Source: an uncultured Eubacteriales bacterium
Lineage (GTDB): Bacteria; Bacillota; Clostridia; Oscillospirales; CAG-272
Reading direction: 5' to 3'
Assembly: GCA_934467435.1 (NCBI GenBank)
Contig: CAKSLR010000001.1
Span: 67 to 64,066 of the forward strand
DNA: 64,000 nucleotides
The position numbers and the translations under genes were made by a program. The stretch's first letter is position 1. Every line of letters starts with the position of its first letter. The notes below the pieces were generated by a model, which was not told where the DNA came from, searched no databases, and was given only the letters and a program-made list of their open reading frames with translations. Below are positions 23,710 through 34,979 of this stretch, piece after piece.

Positions 23710-26601
23710 TCAGGTTTTGCTTTTTCCCGATGCGGTTTTTGTCTTTCGGGGCGACTTGCGTTCCCCGTGTGTTTCCTCCAGTTTGGCGCGCAGGTAACGC
23801 CCGGTGTAGGACGCTTCCACCTGTGCCACCTCCTCCGGCGTGCCGGCGGCAACCAGGGTACCGCCGCGGTCGCCCCCTTCGGGGCCGAGGTCGATGAGGT
23901 AATCGGCACACTTGATAAAGTCCAGGTTATGCTCGATCACCACAATGGAATTGCCCGCCGCGGCGAGTGCGTCCAGCACTGCAATCAGGTGCGAAACGTC
24001 CTCGGTGTGCAGCCCTGTGGTCGGCTCGTCCAACACATACAGTGTGCGCCCCGTCGGGCGTTTGGCAAGTTCGCTTGCCAGTTTGACGCGCTGCGCCTCT
24101 CCCCCCGACAGGGTGGTGGAGGACTGTCCGATCTTGACATAGCCGAGCCCCACATCGCACATGGTTTTCAGTTTGCGGGTGATGGCGGGAATGCCGTCAA
24201 AGAAGGTCAGCCCTTCCTCTGCGGTCATTTCCAGCACTTCGTAGATATTTTTGCCCTTATAGCGGACCTCCAGCGTTTCGCGGTTATACCGCATACCGCC
24301 GCAGGCATCGCACTTCACATACACATCGGGCAGAAAGTGCATTTCAATGCACTTGACGCCGTCGCCCTCACAACTCTCGCACCTGCCGCCGCGGACGTTG
24401 AACGAGAACCGCCCCGCGCCGTACCCTCTCGCCTTTGCCTCGGGCGTTTTGGCAAACAGATTCCGGATTTCCCCGAACAGCCCGGTATAGGTGGCGGGGT
24501 TGGAGCGCGGCGTGCGCCCGATGGGGCTTTGGTCGATGGCAATGATTTTATCAAGTTCCTCTACCCCTTCGATGCGGTCATGCGCGCCGGGGTGCAGGTT
24601 GGCACGGTTCAGGCGCCGCGCCAGGGCGCGGTAAAGGATGCCGTTGACGAGCGACGACTTGCCCGACCCCGACACGCCCGTGACGCACACAAAGCAGCCG
24701 AGCGGAATCTCCACCGTCAGATTTTTGAGGTTATTCTGCCGTGCGCCGACCACGCGCAGCCACTTGCCGTTCCCCGGGCGGCGGACTTTCGGTACGGGGA
24801 TGAAGCGGCGCCCGGCAAGATAGTCACCCGTGATCGAGCCGACCGTTGCCGCCACCTCGGCAGGGGTGCCGGCGGCAACAATCTCGCCCCCGTGTACCCC
24901 GGCGCCGGGACCGACATCGACCAGATAATCGGCAGCACGCATGGTATCTTCATCATGTTCGACCACAATCACGGTATTGCCGAGGTCGCGCAGTTTTTTG
25001 AGGGTGGCAATGAGTTTGTCGTTATCCCGCTGGTGCAGACCGATGCTCGGTTCATCCAGAATATACATCACCCCGACCAGCGAAGAGCCGATCTGCGTGG
25101 CAAGGCGGATGCGCTGTGCCTCCCCGCCCGAAAGCGTGCCTGCCTTGCGGGCAAGGGTCAGGTACTCCAGCCCCACGCTGCAAAGAAAGCCGAGGCGGGC
25201 GCGGATTTCCTTGAGAATCTCGTGCGCGATCTTCTCCTCGGTCGGGGAGAAAGAAAGCCCCTCGACAAAGTGAAGCAGATCGGCAACCGAAAGGTGGCAG
25301 ATTTCATCGATATTCAGCCCACCAACCGTGACGGCCAGCACCTCGTCCGACAGGCGCCGCCCCTTACACTTCGGGCAGGGGGCATCCTCGACAAAGGCAT
25401 CGTAATACGACCCCATATCGGGGTTTTGCTGCATCCGCCGCTCGATGATGGGAATGATGCCGTCAAAGGTCACGATCTGCGCAACCGACTCCTTGCCGAA
25501 ATAGCGGGTCACGGCATAGGTTTTCTGCCCCGTGCCGTAAAGCAGCGCGTGCATGGCGGGATCCGAAAAGGCGGAAAGCGGTGTGTCGATATCATAGCCG
25601 AGTTCCCTCACAGCGGCGATGATGAGCGGTCCGTTCCAGGATTTTTCGTCAATGGTCTTGAAACCGTTGCAGACGATCGCCCCCTGCCGCAGCGAAAGGG
25701 AAAGATCGGGCATGATCTTTTCGGGGGAAATCACGCGCAAATCCCCCAGTCCCGCGCAGGCGGGGCAGGCGCCGGTCGGGCTGTTGAACGAGAACATCCG
25801 CGGTTCCAGTTCCCCGAAACTGATATGGTGCTCTTCGCAGGCGTATTTCTGCGAGAACGAAAGTTCGGTTTCCTCCCCCTCCCGCGGCACCAGGCGGATT
25901 TTCACCCGCCCGTCCGAGAGGCGGAGCGCCGACTCAATCGAATCGGAAAGGCGCGGGCGGAGGTCCGGGCGCATCACCAGGCGATCCAGCACAATATCAA
26001 TCTCATGCCGGACGTTCTTATCGAGGTGAATTTCTTCTTCCAGTTCCCGCATCTCGCCGTCAATGCGGGCGCGGACGTAACCGCCGCGGCGCGCATCGGC
26101 AAGCACTTTTTCGTGCATCCCTTTCTCCCCGCGCACCACGGGGGAAAGGACGAGAAAGCGCGTGCCCTCGGGCAGTTCCATCACGCGGTTGATGATGCTC
26201 TCGGTCGTCTGCTGGCGGATTTCCTTGCCGCAGACCGGGCAATGGGGCACGCCGAGGCGGGCATAGAGCAGGCGCAGATAATCGTAGATTTCCGTTACGG
26301 TGCCGACGGTGGAACGCGGGTTTTTGGAGGTGGTTTTCTGGTCGATGGAAATGGCAGGGGAAAGCCCTTCGACCGAATCGACATCCGGCTTGTCCATCTG
26401 CCCGAGGAACATCCGGGCATAGGACGAGAGCGACTCCACAAACCGGCGGTGCCCCTCGGCATACAGCGTGTCAAACGCGAGCGAGGATTTGCCCGAGCCG
26501 GAGAGCCCCGTGAGCACCACCAGCCGATCCCGCGGGATATCGAGGGAAATATTTTTGAGGTTGTGCACCCGCGCACCGCGGATGGAGATCATTTTCGTCA
26601 T
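23710..26601 (-). CDS. uvrA: Excinuclease ABC subunit A
   Basis: [47 protein letters not shown], two ABC ATPase modules and zinc-finger Cys clusters. Confidence 0.95.
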   Translation of the reverse strand: MTKMISIRGARVHNLKNISLDIPRDRLVVLTGLSGSGKSSLAFDTLYAEGHRRFVESLSSYARMFLGQMDKPDVDSVEGLSPAISIDQKTTSKNPRSTVGTVTEIYDYLRLLYARLGVPHCPVCGKEIRQQTTESIINRVMELPEGTRFLVLSPVVRGEKGMHEKVLADARRGGYVRARIDGEMRELEEEIHLDKNVRHEIDIVLDRLVMRPDLRPRLSDSIESALRLSDGRVKIRLVPREGEETELSFSQKYACEEHHISFGELEPRMFSFNSPTGACPACAGLGDLRVISPEKIMPDLSLSLRQGAIVCNGFKTIDEKSWNGPLIIAAVRELGYDIDTPLSAFSDPAMHALLYGTGQKTYAVTRYFGKESVAQIVTFDGIIPIIERRMQQNPDMGSYYDAFVEDAPCPKCKGRRLSDEVLAVTVGGLNIDEICHLSVADLLHFVEGLSFSPTEEKIAHEILKEIRARLGFLCSVGLEYLTLARKAGTLSGGEAQRIRLATQIGSSLVGVMYILDEPSIGLHQRDNDKLIATLKKLRDLGNTVIVVEHDEDTMRAADYLVDVGPGAGVHGGEIVAAGTPAEVAATVGSITGDYLAGRRFIPVPKVRRPGNGKWLRVVGARQNNLKNLTVEIPLGCFVCVTGVSGSGKSSLVNGILYRALARRLNRANLHPGAHDRIEGVEELDKIIAIDQSPIGRTPRSNPATYTGLFGEIRNLFAKTPEAKARGYGAGRFSFNVRGGRCESCEGDGVKCIEMHFLPDVYVKCDACGGMRYNRETLEVRYKGKNIYEVLEMTAEEGLTFFDGIPAITRKLKTMCDVGLGYVKIGQSSTTLSGGEAQRVKLASELAKRPTGRTLYVLDEPTTGLHTEDVSHLIAVLDALAAAGNSIVVIEHNLDFIKCADYLIDLGPEGGDRGGTLVAAGTPEEVAQVEASYTGRYLRAKLEETHGERKSPRKTKTASGKSKT

Positions 26602-28577
26602 GTTGCCTTTACCTGTAATTCCTTGATTTTATCACGCAGGAATGCCGCCCGCTCAAACTCCAGTTGTGCCGCGGCGGTCTTCATCTCGCGGCGCAGAGAA
26701 TCGAGCAGTTCCTCGCGCGCGGCGGCGGTGAGTTTTTCGCCCGCGCGGGGGAGGCGCGCTTTCTTTTCTTCTTTTTTGCCGATGGAAATCAGTTCCATCA
26801 CGTTCTTGCGCACCGTCATGGGGGTAATGCCGTGCGCCTCGTTATACGCCGACTGAATTTTCCGGCGGCGCTCGGTTTCGTCGATTGCCGTTTTCATGGA
26901 GGGGGTGATGCGGTCGGCGTACATAATCACATGCCCGTCCGCATTGCGGGCGGCACGCCCGATGGTCTGAATCAGCGCCGTATCCGAGCGCAGCAACCCG
27001 TCTTTATCGGCATCCAGAACGGCAACGAGCGCCACCTCGGGAATATCCAGCCCCTCGCGCAACAGGTTCACGCCCACCAGCACATCGTAGTTGCCGAGGC
27101 GCAGATCGCGGATGATCTCCTGCCGCTCCATGGTTTCGACCTTGTGGTGGATATATTTGACGCGGATTTCCTGTTCCCCGAGATAATCGGTTAAATCCTC
27201 CGCCATTTTGGTGGTCAGGGTGGTAACCAGTACCCTTCCCTTCTTTTTCACCGTTTCGCGAATCTCGCCGATCAGATCATCCACCTGCCCTTCGATCGGG
27301 CGGACGCGGATCTCGGGGTCGAGCAGCCCGGTCGGGCGGATGAGCTGCTCCACCGTCTGCTCGGAATGTTCTTTTTCATAGGCGGCGGGGGTGGCGCTGA
27401 CAAAGCAGACCTGGTGAATGTGCGCTTCAAACTCATCAAAGTGCAGCGGGCGGTTGTCGTAGGCGGAGGGGAGGCGAAAGCCGTAATCCACCAGATTCTT
27501 TTTCCGCGCGGTGTCCCCGCCGCTCATGCCGCGCACCTGCGGCACGGTAACGTGCGATTCGTCGATGAACATGATATAGTCGGAGGGAAAATAATCGAGC
27601 AGCGTATAGGGCGTCGAGCCGGCGGGACGGCGGGAGAGGATGCGGGAATAATTCTCCACCCCCGAGCAGAAACCGACCTCGCGCAGCATGGCAAGGTCAT
27701 ATTTGGTACGCTCCTCAATGCGCTGCGCCTCCAGCAGTTTGTTCTGCGAACGGAAGTACGCTACGCGCTCTTTCATTTCTTCTTCGATCTCGCCGAGCGC
27801 CGCCTCCCGCTTTTCATCCGACACGGCATAGTGCGTAGCGGGGAAGATGGAGGCGCAGTCGAGCCGCGCGAGCACCTCGCCCGTCACGGTGTGAATTTCG
27901 GTCAGGCGTTCGATCTCATCGCCGAAAAACTCCACGCGGATGGCATGGTCGCCCGACGAAGCGGGCAGAATCTCCACGGTATCGCCCCGCACGCGGAATT
28001 TATCGCGCACGAAGTTGATGTCGTTGCGCTCATAATGGTTGGAGACGAGGCGGCAGATCAGCCGATCCCGCGAGAGCGGCATGCCGGGGCGCAGGGTGAT
28101 GACCAGCGATTCGTATTCCCCGGGGTCGCCCAGACTGTAAATGCAGGAGACCGAGGCGACGATGATGACATCCCGCCGCTCAAAAAGGGCAGAGGTGGCG
28201 CTGTGGCGGAGTTTATCGATCTCGTCGTTGATCATCGCGTCCTTTTCGATATACATATCCTTGCCGGGGATATACGCCTCGGGCTGGTAGTAATCGTAAT
28301 AGGAGACGAAGTATTCCACCGCGCTGTCGGGAAAAAACGACCGCATCTCGGAACAGACCTGCGCGGCAAGGGTCTTGTTGGGTTCGAGAATCAGGGTCGG
28401 GCGGTTGACAGCGGCAATGACGTTTGCCATGGTAAAGGTTTTACCCGAGCCGGTGACGCCGAGCAGCGTCTGCCCGCGATCCCCGCGCAAAAAACCGTCG
28501 GTGAGTGCCGCAATCGCCTGCGGCTGGTCCCCCGTGGGGGTAAAATCGCTCTTCAGCACAAAGCGGCTGTCTTTCAT
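26598..28577 (-). CDS. uvrB: Excinuclease ABC subunit B
   Basis: Start [22 protein letters not shown] at 28577, 9 nt after [14 protein letters not shown]-terminal UVR motif ...[14 protein letters not shown]. 4-nt overlap with uvrA. Confidence 0.95.
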   Translation of the reverse strand: MKDSRFVLKSDFTPTGDQPQAIAALTDGFLRGDRGQTLLGVTGSGKTFTMANVIAAVNRPTLILEPNKTLAAQVCSEMRSFFPDSAVEYFVSYYDYYQPEAYIPGKDMYIEKDAMINDEIDKLRHSATSALFERRDVIIVASVSCIYSLGDPGEYESLVITLRPGMPLSRDRLICRLVSNHYERNDINFVRDKFRVRGDTVEILPASSGDHAIRVEFFGDEIERLTEIHTVTGEVLARLDCASIFPATHYAVSDEKREAALGEIEEEMKERVAYFRSQNKLLEAQRIEERTKYDLAMLREVGFCSGVENYSRILSRRPAGSTPYTLLDYFPSDYIMFIDESHVTVPQVRGMSGGDTARKKNLVDYGFRLPSAYDNRPLHFDEFEAHIHQVCFVSATPAAYEKEHSEQTVEQLIRPTGLLDPEIRVRPIEGQVDDLIGEIRETVKKKGRVLVTTLTTKMAEDLTDYLGEQEIRVKYIHHKVETMERQEIIRDLRLGNYDVLVGVNLLREGLDIPEVALVAVLDADKDGLLRSDTALIQTIGRAARNADGHVIMYADRITPSMKTAIDETERRRKIQSAYNEAHGITPMTVRKNVMELISIGKKEEKKARLPRAGEKLTAAAREELLDSLRREMKTAAAQLEFERAAFLRDKIKELQVKAT

Positions 28578-28602
28578 GTTCGGCATCCTCCGTTTGCCGC
28601 AC

Positions 28603-29322
28603 TCACGCGCGCGGCCAGATATCGAGAACGGCAAGTTCCGTCGGGTTCCAGAGGCGCGGCAGGCAGGACGTACACAACCCGCGCGAAACGAGCATCCGCC
28701 CGTCATAGAACCCCGCGGTATAGCGGGGGAACAGCCCCTGCCCCGGCGCAAACAGCCCGCGCCCGAACGGGCGCCACTGCCCGCCGTGGGCATGCCCCGC
28801 CACGATATAGGAAATCGGCAACTCCCGCAGATAGGGCTCATAATACTCGGGGTGGTGGCATAGCAGAATCCGGCATCCCTTTGCCCGGGCGAACGCCGAA
28901 AGGAACGCGCGGTCGGGCGGCGGGGTGGGACCGAGGCGGGACTGGTGCACCCCGTGGCGGTAGCCGGTGCAAAGCCCGCCGAGCCACACGCCGTGGGTGA
29001 ACACGCAGTTATCGCAAAGCAGCACCGCGCCGGTGTTGCTGACGGTTTCCGCCAGTTCCGACCCATTCATCCAGGTATCGTGGTTTCCGGGGGAACAGAA
29101 GGTGGGATAAAGCGCGGCGCAGGCGGAAAGAAACGAAAGGGCGCGGGTATAGCGCCCCGGTGCATCAAAAAAATCCCCCGGCAGAAGCACAAGGTCGGGC
29201 GCCTCTGCCTCCAGGGCGCGCAAAACGGGCGCGTAGGCGCCGTTATGCAGATCGGCAACCACCGCGAGGCGCAGCGGGCGCTGCACGGCGGCGTGACGGG
29301 AAGTATAGTGGGTAACGATCAT
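28603..29322 (-). CDS. Metallophosphoesterase (calcineurin-like)
   Basis: [21 protein letters not shown] and VAGHAHGGQ motifs. Confidence 0.8.
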   Translation of the reverse strand: MIVTHYTSRHAAVQRPLRLAVVADLHNGAYAPVLRALEAEAPDLVLLPGDFFDAPGRYTRALSFLSACAALYPTFCSPGNHDTWMNGSELAETVSNTGAVLLCDNCVFTHGVWLGGLCTGYRHGVHQSRLGPTPPPDRAFLSAFARAKGCRILLCHHPEYYEPYLRELPISYIVAGHAHGGQWRPFGRGLFAPGQGLFPRYTAGFYDGRMLVSRGLCTSCLPRLWNPTELAVLDIWPRA

Positions 29323-30092
29323 GCGTCATCTTCCTCCGCTAACAGAGATGCCCCGCTTTGCAGGCGGTAAGTGCCGCCGTCCCCGGCACCGGGGAAGGCA
29401 GCCGAGCGCAGCAGGATGGGTGTGTAACTGCCCCCCGCCACCAGAATATGTTCGAGCAGCGTGACCCCGACCGCGGCAAACGCCTGCCGCAGTTGCAGGG
29501 TGGTCTGCACATCCTCCGCAGACGGAATGGCAATCCCCTGCGGGTGGTTGTGGGCAAGAACCGCCATGGCGGCTTTGGTGCGGAAGGCGTGTTCAATCAG
29601 CAGCCGCGGCGTAATGGCGACCGAGTTGACCGACCCCTCATAAATTTTCACGCAGTCCAGCCGCCGGTAAGCGTTATCGAGCAGGAGCAGATAGACCGTT
29701 TCCTGCCGCACGCCGGAAAACAGATCCACAAAGAAGTCGCCCACCGTCTTCAGACGATGAAACTCCTGTCGTTTTTCCTGTTTTTCTTCCTCCCGTGCGC
29801 GGGCAGCGGTCGGCAGCAGCAGACAAAGCAAGGTGGCGGCGTGCATGCCCATGCCGTCCACTGCGGCAAGTTCCTCTGCCGATGCGTGAAACACACCCGA
29901 GAGCGAGCCGAAACGCAAAAGAAGGCGGTGCGCCAGTTCATTGGTATCCCGCTGCGGGATGGCAAAGAAGAGGAGGAGTTCTAAAATCTCATGCGGCGCG
30001 AAGCCGGAAAGCCCATCCCGCAAAAAACGCTCCTTGACCCGTATGCGGTGTTCTTTGTGCAGTTGCATTTTATCAAACGCTTTGTCAGCCAT
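29319..30092 (-). CDS. radC: RadC-family JAB-domain protein
   Basis: Start MADKAFDKMQLHKEHRIRVKERF at 30092. HhH region GSLSGVFHASAEELAAVDGMG. JAMM motif LAHNHPQG...PSAEDV. Confidence 0.85.
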   Translation of the reverse strand: MADKAFDKMQLHKEHRIRVKERFLRDGLSGFAPHEILELLLFFAIPQRDTNELAHRLLLRFGSLSGVFHASAEELAAVDGMGMHAATLLCLLLPTAARAREEEKQEKRQEFHRLKTVGDFFVDLFSGVRQETVYLLLLDNAYRRLDCVKIYEGSVNSVAITPRLLIEHAFRTKAAMAVLAHNHPQGIAIPSAEDVQTTLQLRQAFAAVGVTLLEHILVAGGSYTPILLRSAAFPGAGDGGTYRLQSGASLLAEEDDA

Positions 30093-30534
30093 ACGTACTC
30101 CAATAGGAAATAAGATCGGAAAGGGGGTCAACCCCGAAAAAGACCAGAAGCAGGTTGCGTACCACAAAGAAGGAAAGCAGCAGCACGGCATAGCCGATTG
30201 CCACGCGGGGAGAGGGTGCGCCCCCCCGCCGGACGGCAAGAAGGAAGGAAACCTGATAATACCCGAGCGAGAAAATGCCGCAGAGTACGCCGGGGTTGGC
30301 GGCAAGGGAGGAAAGGATATCCCCCCGCCAAAGAAACTCCAGCGCCCGCGTTGCCCCGCAGCCGGGGCAATAGAGGTGCGCCATGCGGGAAAAAGCGCAG
30401 AAAAACGGAACGCCGCGCGCCCGGAGGTAAAGATAAAGAAGCACCCCAACCCCGCAAAGCAGCACGCCGCCGTCAAAGAAAAGGAGGTGCCGCCACGCCG
30501 CGCGGCGCGGCGCGGCATATTTTGTTGCCATCAT
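30085..30534 (-). CDS. DUF2752-family membrane protein
   Basis: CPGCGATRA motif followed by hydrophobic helices. ATG at 30534 or 30531 after GGGAGGA. 8-nt overlap with radC. Confidence 0.7.
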   Translation of the reverse strand: MMATKYAAPRRAAWRHLLFFDGGVLLCGVGVLLYLYLRARGVPFFCAFSRMAHLYCPGCGATRALEFLWRGDILSSLAANPGVLCGIFSLGYYQVSFLLAVRRGGAPSPRVAIGYAVLLLSFFVVRNLLLVFFGVDPLSDLISYWSTYG

Positions 30535-30609
30535 CCTGTCCTCCCGCAAGAAATCCCCTGCATACGACCGAAACCAACTGTTTTTTCAAGAAGCAAAACC
30601 ACCGGTAAT

Positions 30610-30690
30610 GGCATTTTTGCGAGGCCGTCCATACCGCAGCCGTGCACCGCACGGAAAGGGCGCCAGCCCGTGCGGTTTGCCATGCAAACC
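30610..30690 (-). repeat. Copy A of the 81-nt conserved leader/operator element
   Basis: 79/81 identical to 30751-30831. Contains GGTTTGC-cat-GCAAACC and the CCGTGC / GCACGG / CCGTGCGG alternative-pairing triplet. Confidence 0.85.
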
Positions 30691-30750
30691 TGCTCTGCCG
30701 CATTCCGGTGTTGCGGGATTCTACCACGAGCAAAAATGCTTGCTTGCAAG

Positions 30751-30831
30751 GGCATTTTTGCGAGGCCGTCAATACCGCAGCCGTGCACAGCACGGAAAGG
30801 GCGCCAGCCCGTGCGGTTTGCCATGCAAACC
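30751..30831 (-). repeat. Copy B of the 81-nt conserved leader/operator element
   Basis: Direct repeat of copy A with a 141-nt period. It starts about 5 nt downstream of the predicted minus-strand transcription start. Confidence 0.85.
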
Positions 30832-30842
30832 GCCCTGCGGTT

Positions 30843-30871
30843 ATTATACCACAAAACCGCTTTCTTGTAAA
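30843..30871 (-). promoter_or_regulatory. Consensus promoter reading into repeat copy B and the DUF2752-radC-uvrBA-addB gene string
   Basis: On the minus strand: TTTACA (30871-30866), 17-nt spacer, TGg-TATAAT (30848-30843). A degenerate duplicate (TGg-TAGAAT, 30723-30718) precedes copy A. Confidence 0.6.
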
Positions 30872-30955
30872 CCGCCAACCCCCATCCCGCCGCAAAAAAA
30901 CGTAAAATTTCGTTCCCCCCAAACGTAAAATTTTATTCCGCTTTTTTCCATATGC

Positions 30956-30984
30956 TTGACAGAACGAAGAAAATGTGGTAGCAT
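30956..30984 (+). promoter_or_regulatory. Promoter of the P-type ATPase gene
   Basis: TTGACA (30956-30961), 17-nt spacer, TGg-TAGCAT (30979-30984). Confidence 0.55.
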
Positions 30985-31015
30985 GATAAGGATGAACCGA
31001 AGAAAGGAAACGGAT

Positions 31016-33652
31016 ATGGAGAAAAAAGCCTATCTGACCGAAAAAGAAGAAGTACTCTCCGCTGTCGCCACCGACGGGCATGCGGGGCTTTCCGCCGCCG
31101 AGGCGAAAACGCGGGGCGAGACGTATGGAAAAAACAAACTGACCGAGGGCAAACGCACCTCGCTTTTTGCGCGGATTCTTGCGCAGATCGCCGACCCCAT
31201 GGTGCTGGTGCTGATCGGCGCGGCGGTCATTTCCGCCGTTACCTCCGCCCTGCAGGGGGAATCATTTGCCGATGTGTTCATCATCCTTGCGGTGGTGGTC
31301 ATCAACACGGCACTCGGCGTCTTGCAGGAAAGCAAAGCGGAAAAAGCAATTGATGCGCTGAAAGCCATGTCGGCGGCGAACTCGAAGGTCGTGCGCGACG
31401 GGCAGCTGCAACTGGTGCCGAGCGAAGAACTGGTGCCGGGCGACATTGTGGTGCTGGAGGCGGGCGATGCCGTACCTGCGGACGGACGGTGGATCGAAAC
31501 GGCAAGCCTCTCGGTGGAAGAGGCGGCGCTGACGGGCGAATCGCTGCCCGCCGAAAAAACCGATGCCGCCCTTGCCCCCGCCGAGGGGGGCGATGTGCCG
31601 CTCGGCGACCGCCGCAACATGGGATATATGGGCAGCGCCGTGGTCTACGGGCGCGGCAGAATGGTGGTGACCGCCACCGGTATGAAGACCGAAATGGGCA
31701 AGATTGCCACCGCGATTTCGGATGCCGCCGACGGCGAGACCCCCTTGCAGAAGAAACTGAACCAGTTAAGTAAAATTCTGACCTTTGCCGTGCTCGGCAT
31801 CTGTGTTTTCATGTTCGCCTTTGCCCTGCTGCGGGGCGGGCAGTTTGATGCCGGAACCATTCTCTCCACCTTCATGCTGGCGGTGAGCCTTGCCGTTGCC
31901 GCCATTCCCGAGGGGCTTTCGGCGGTGGTGACCATTGTGCTTTCGATGGGGGTTACCAAAATGTCGGCGCAGAAGGCGATCATCCGCCGTCTGACGGCGG
32001 TGGAGACGCTCGGCTGCACGCAGATCATCTGCTCCGACAAGACCGGCACGCTGACGCAGAACAAAATGACCGTGGTGGAACACACGGGAGAGGACGAACA
32101 CCTGCTCGGGCGCGGCATGGCGCTCTGCTCGGATGCCGAGTGGCGCGCGGAGGGAGCCATCGGCGAACCGACCGAGTGCGCCCTGGTCAACTACGCGGCA
32201 TCCATCGGCGAACGGAAAGACCTCCTGGTAAAAGAGGCGCCGCGCGTAGGGGAGGCGCCCTTTGACTCCCTGCGCAAGATGATGAGCACCCTGCACCGCA
32301 CGGACGGCAGAATCGTGCAGTTTACGAAAGGGGCGCCGGACGAGATTCTCCGCCGCGCCGACACGATTTGGGAAGGCGGCAGAATCGTACCGCTGACCGA
32401 AGAACGGCGGAACGCCGTTCTCAAGCAGAACACCGCTTACGCCTCCCGCGCGCTGCGGGTGCTTGCCCTGGCGCAGCGGACGTATGACACGATGCCGACC
32501 GACCTTTCGCCTGCGGCGCTGGAAGAACACCTGACCTTTATCGGCATGGTGGGCATGATTGACCCCGTGCGCCCCGAGGTACAGGCGGCGGTTGCCGAAT
32601 GTATGGCGGCGGGCATCCGCCCCGTGATGATTACGGGCGACCACAAGGATACCGCCGTTGCCATCGGCAAGACCCTCGGCATTCTTTCGGACGCGGGCGG
32701 CGCGATTACCGGGGCGGAACTGGATCGCCTCAGCGACGAGGAGTTTGACCGCGTGGTAGACCGGTATTCGGTTTACGCGCGGGTGCAGCCCGAGCACAAG
32801 GTGCGCATTGTCCGCGCCTGGCAGGCACGCGGGTGCGTGGTTGCCATGACGGGGGACGGCGTGAACGACTCCCCTGCCATCAAGAACGCGGATATCGGCA
32901 TCGGCATGGGCATTACCGGCACCGATGTGACGAAAAACGTTGCCGACATGATTCTTGCCGACGATAACTTTGCCACCATCGTCAGTGCTGTGGCGGAAGG
33001 GCGCCGCATTTACGACAACATCTGCAAGTGTATGCAGTTTCTGCTTGCCTCCAACCTGAGCGAGGTCATCAGCATTTTTGTTGCCACCCTGCTCGGCTTT
33101 ACCATTCTGCGGGCGCCGCACATTCTGTTTATCAATATGCTGACCGATTCCCTGCCCGCCCTTGCCCTCGGTGCGGAGAAGGCAGAGCCGGACGTGATGC
33201 AGCGCAAGCCCCGCCGCAGCGACGAGGGGATTTTTGCGGGAGGCATGGGCTTTCACATCGCGGCGGAGGGGATTCTCATTTCGCTCATCACGCTGGCTGC
33301 CTATTTTGTCGGGCATTTCCTGGAGAGCGGAAGGTGGGAGATCACCGAAAGCCCGGACGGCGTGACGATGGCGTTTCTTGCCCTCTCGATGGCGGAGATT
33401 TTCCACGCCTACAATATGCGTTCGCGCCATTCGCTCTTCCGGCTGCGCACGCACAACCCGCTGCTGCTGGTAACCATGCTTGCCGCCCTTGCCCTGACCA
33501 CGGCGGTGATCTACATTCCCGCCCTCTCCGCGCTCTTCGGCTTCACCGCCATCCGCGCGAAGGAATATTTCACGGCGCTGGCGCTTGCCTTCCTGATTGT
33601 GCCGCTCGTGGAACTCTATAAGTTTCTCTCAAGCCGCAAAAAGAAGGCGTAA
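31016..33652 (+). CDS. Cation-translocating P-type ATPase (type II, Ca2+-ATPase-like)
   Basis: Start MEKKAYLTEKEEVL. ICSDKTGTLTQNKM phosphorylation site, MITGDHKDTA and TGDGVNDSPAIKNADIGIGMG. Confidence 0.9.
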   Translation: MEKKAYLTEKEEVLSAVATDGHAGLSAAEAKTRGETYGKNKLTEGKRTSLFARILAQIADPMVLVLIGAAVISAVTSALQGESFADVFIILAVVVINTALGVLQESKAEKAIDALKAMSAANSKVVRDGQLQLVPSEELVPGDIVVLEAGDAVPADGRWIETASLSVEEAALTGESLPAEKTDAALAPAEGGDVPLGDRRNMGYMGSAVVYGRGRMVVTATGMKTEMGKIATAISDAADGETPLQKKLNQLSKILTFAVLGICVFMFAFALLRGGQFDAGTILSTFMLAVSLAVAAIPEGLSAVVTIVLSMGVTKMSAQKAIIRRLTAVETLGCTQIICSDKTGTLTQNKMTVVEHTGEDEHLLGRGMALCSDAEWRAEGAIGEPTECALVNYAASIGERKDLLVKEAPRVGEAPFDSLRKMMSTLHRTDGRIVQFTKGAPDEILRRADTIWEGGRIVPLTEERRNAVLKQNTAYASRALRVLALAQRTYDTMPTDLSPAALEEHLTFIGMVGMIDPVRPEVQAAVAECMAAGIRPVMITGDHKDTAVAIGKTLGILSDAGGAITGAELDRLSDEEFDRVVDRYSVYARVQPEHKVRIVRAWQARGCVVAMTGDGVNDSPAIKNADIGIGMGITGTDVTKNVADMILADDNFATIVSAVAEGRRIYDNICKCMQFLLASNLSEVISIFVATLLGFTILRAPHILFINMLTDSLPALALGAEKAEPDVMQRKPRRSDEGIFAGGMGFHIAAEGILISLITLAAYFVGHFLESGRWEITESPDGVTMAFLALSMAEIFHAYNMRSRHSLFRLRTHNPLLLVTMLAALALTTAVIYIPALSALFGFTAIRAKEYFTALALAFLIVPLVELYKFLSSRKKKA

Positions 33653-33678
33653 CCCCCGCCGGGAAGTGCGCCGAAAAG

Positions 33679-33702
33679 AAAAAAGCCCTGCGGGGCTTTT
33701 TT
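33679..33702. terminator. Bidirectional terminator between the ATPase gene and alr
   Basis: AAAAAGCCC-tgcg-GGGCTTTTTT. Confidence 0.5.
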
Positions 33703-33716
33703 CTTTTCGGCAGGCG

Positions 33717-34979
33717 CTATTCTTGGTCGAAGATGTAACGGCGCTCCGCGCGCCGGGAGGCACGGCAAAGCAACTCATAAGGGATGGTGCGGGCGCGGGC
33801 GGCGAGGGCGGACAGCCGCCTGCCGCTCTCATCCCATACCGTGACCGGGTCGCCCGGCGCGGCAGAAAGGGTGCCGAGGCGAAGAAGGCACGCATCCATG
33901 CAGACCTTGCCAATGATGCGGGCGTTGCCGCCCCCGACGCCGAGCATCGCGCCGGTGGCGGCGCGGGGCAGACCGTCCGCATAGCCGACCGCGGCGACCC
34001 CCACGCGCGTATCCCGCCGTGCGCGATACGCGCCGCCGTACCCGGCGCACGCACCGCGCGGCAGAAGGAACACGCGCGTCAGGGTACTCTCCATCCGCAT
34101 GACCGCCCGCATCCGCGGGGCAAGCGCCGGGGGAAACGGGAGCGTGGGGGCGGGCGGGATTCCATAGAGCGCAATGCCAAAACGCACGCCGTCCATCCCC
34201 ATACTGCCGAACCGCAGCACGCCCGCGCTTGCCGCCAGGTGGGAAAAGCGGCAGAGCCCCGCGCGGCGGAATTCCGCCGCCGCGCGGGAAAAGCAGGTGA
34301 CCTGTTCCCCGGTCAGGGGAGAGGCGGGGTCATCCGCCGCCGCCAGGTGGGAATACAGCCCATAAGGGTACCACCCCTCCTGCCGCACGAGCGCCCGGCA
34401 GGTATCAAGCGCCGCCCGCTCTCCCCCGGTGATGGGGAACCCGAGGCGGTGCATACCGCTATCCAGTTTGATATGACAGGCGACCCGCCCTGCGGGAATG
34501 CCCGCATACGGGGGGCGGGAACGTGCCGCCCCCGCCCGCGGCGGGGCAGGCAGCGCGCGGGTGATGGCAAGTACATCCGCCGCACTGCCGACGGTAGCCG
34601 AAATCCGTTCCCGCAGCAGAAGCGGCGCCGCGCCGCGCGGTGCGGGAGAAAGGAGCAGAATATCCGCCCCCGGCACGGTGCGGCGGAGGGAAAGCGCCTC
34701 CCCCAGGGTGGCAACGGCAAAGAAATCCGCCCCCACGGCGGCAAGCGCGGCGGCGCATGCCGCCGCGCCATGCCCGTAGGCATCCGCTTTCACCACGCAG
34801 ATGGGGCGGGGCGACTCGCCCCGCGTGCGGAGATCGGCACAAAGTGCAAGAAAATTCCCCTGCAGGGCAGAAAGGTCCACCGTGATACGGCAGGGGGAGA
34901 GCGGAATGCCCGCCGTTTCCGTCTCCCACTCCGGCGATGCGCCGGATGCCGGGAGAAAACATTCGTCGGCGCCGCTCAA
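33717..34979 (-). CDS. alr: Alanine racemase
   Basis: VVKADAYGHG PLP-lysine motif, plus GADFFAVATLGEA. The likely start is the TTG at 34979, which overlaps the upstream stop (TTGA). The ORF-track ATG at 35027 overlaps the upstream gene by 52 nt. Confidence 0.85.
   Translation of the reverse strand: MSGADECFLPASGASPEWETETAGIPLSPCRITVDLSALQGNFLALCADLRTRGESPRPICVVKADAYGHGAAACAAALAAVGADFFAVATLGEALSLRRTVPGADILLLSPAPRGAAPLLLRERISATVGSAADVLAITRALPAPPRAGAARSRPPYAGIPAGRVACHIKLDSGMHRLGFPITGGERAALDTCRALVRQEGWYPYGLYSHLAAADDPASPLTGEQVTCFSRAAAEFRRAGLCRFSHLAASAGVLRFGSMGMDGVRFGIALYGIPPAPTLPFPPALAPRMRAVMRMESTLTRVFLLPRGACAGYGGAYRARRDTRVGVAAVGYADGLPRAATGAMLGVGGGNARIIGKVCMDACLLRLGTLSAAPGDPVTVWDESGRRLSALAARARTIPYELLCRASRRAERRYIFDQE

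Noticed and set aside
30625-30665. A 5S rRNA-like string (CCATACCG...CACGGAA) inside the 81-nt repeat.
   Set aside because: Only two short words match. The rest of a 5S rRNA (helices I, IV, V and a length of about 117 nt) is absent.
30610-30831. Possible CRISPR array, suggested by the direct repeats at 30.6-30.8 kb and at 39.5 kb.
   Set aside because: There are only two full copies in each case. The 81-nt unit is too long, the spacer between copies is itself partly homologous, the 35-nt units are contiguous with no spacers, and there are no cas genes in the window.
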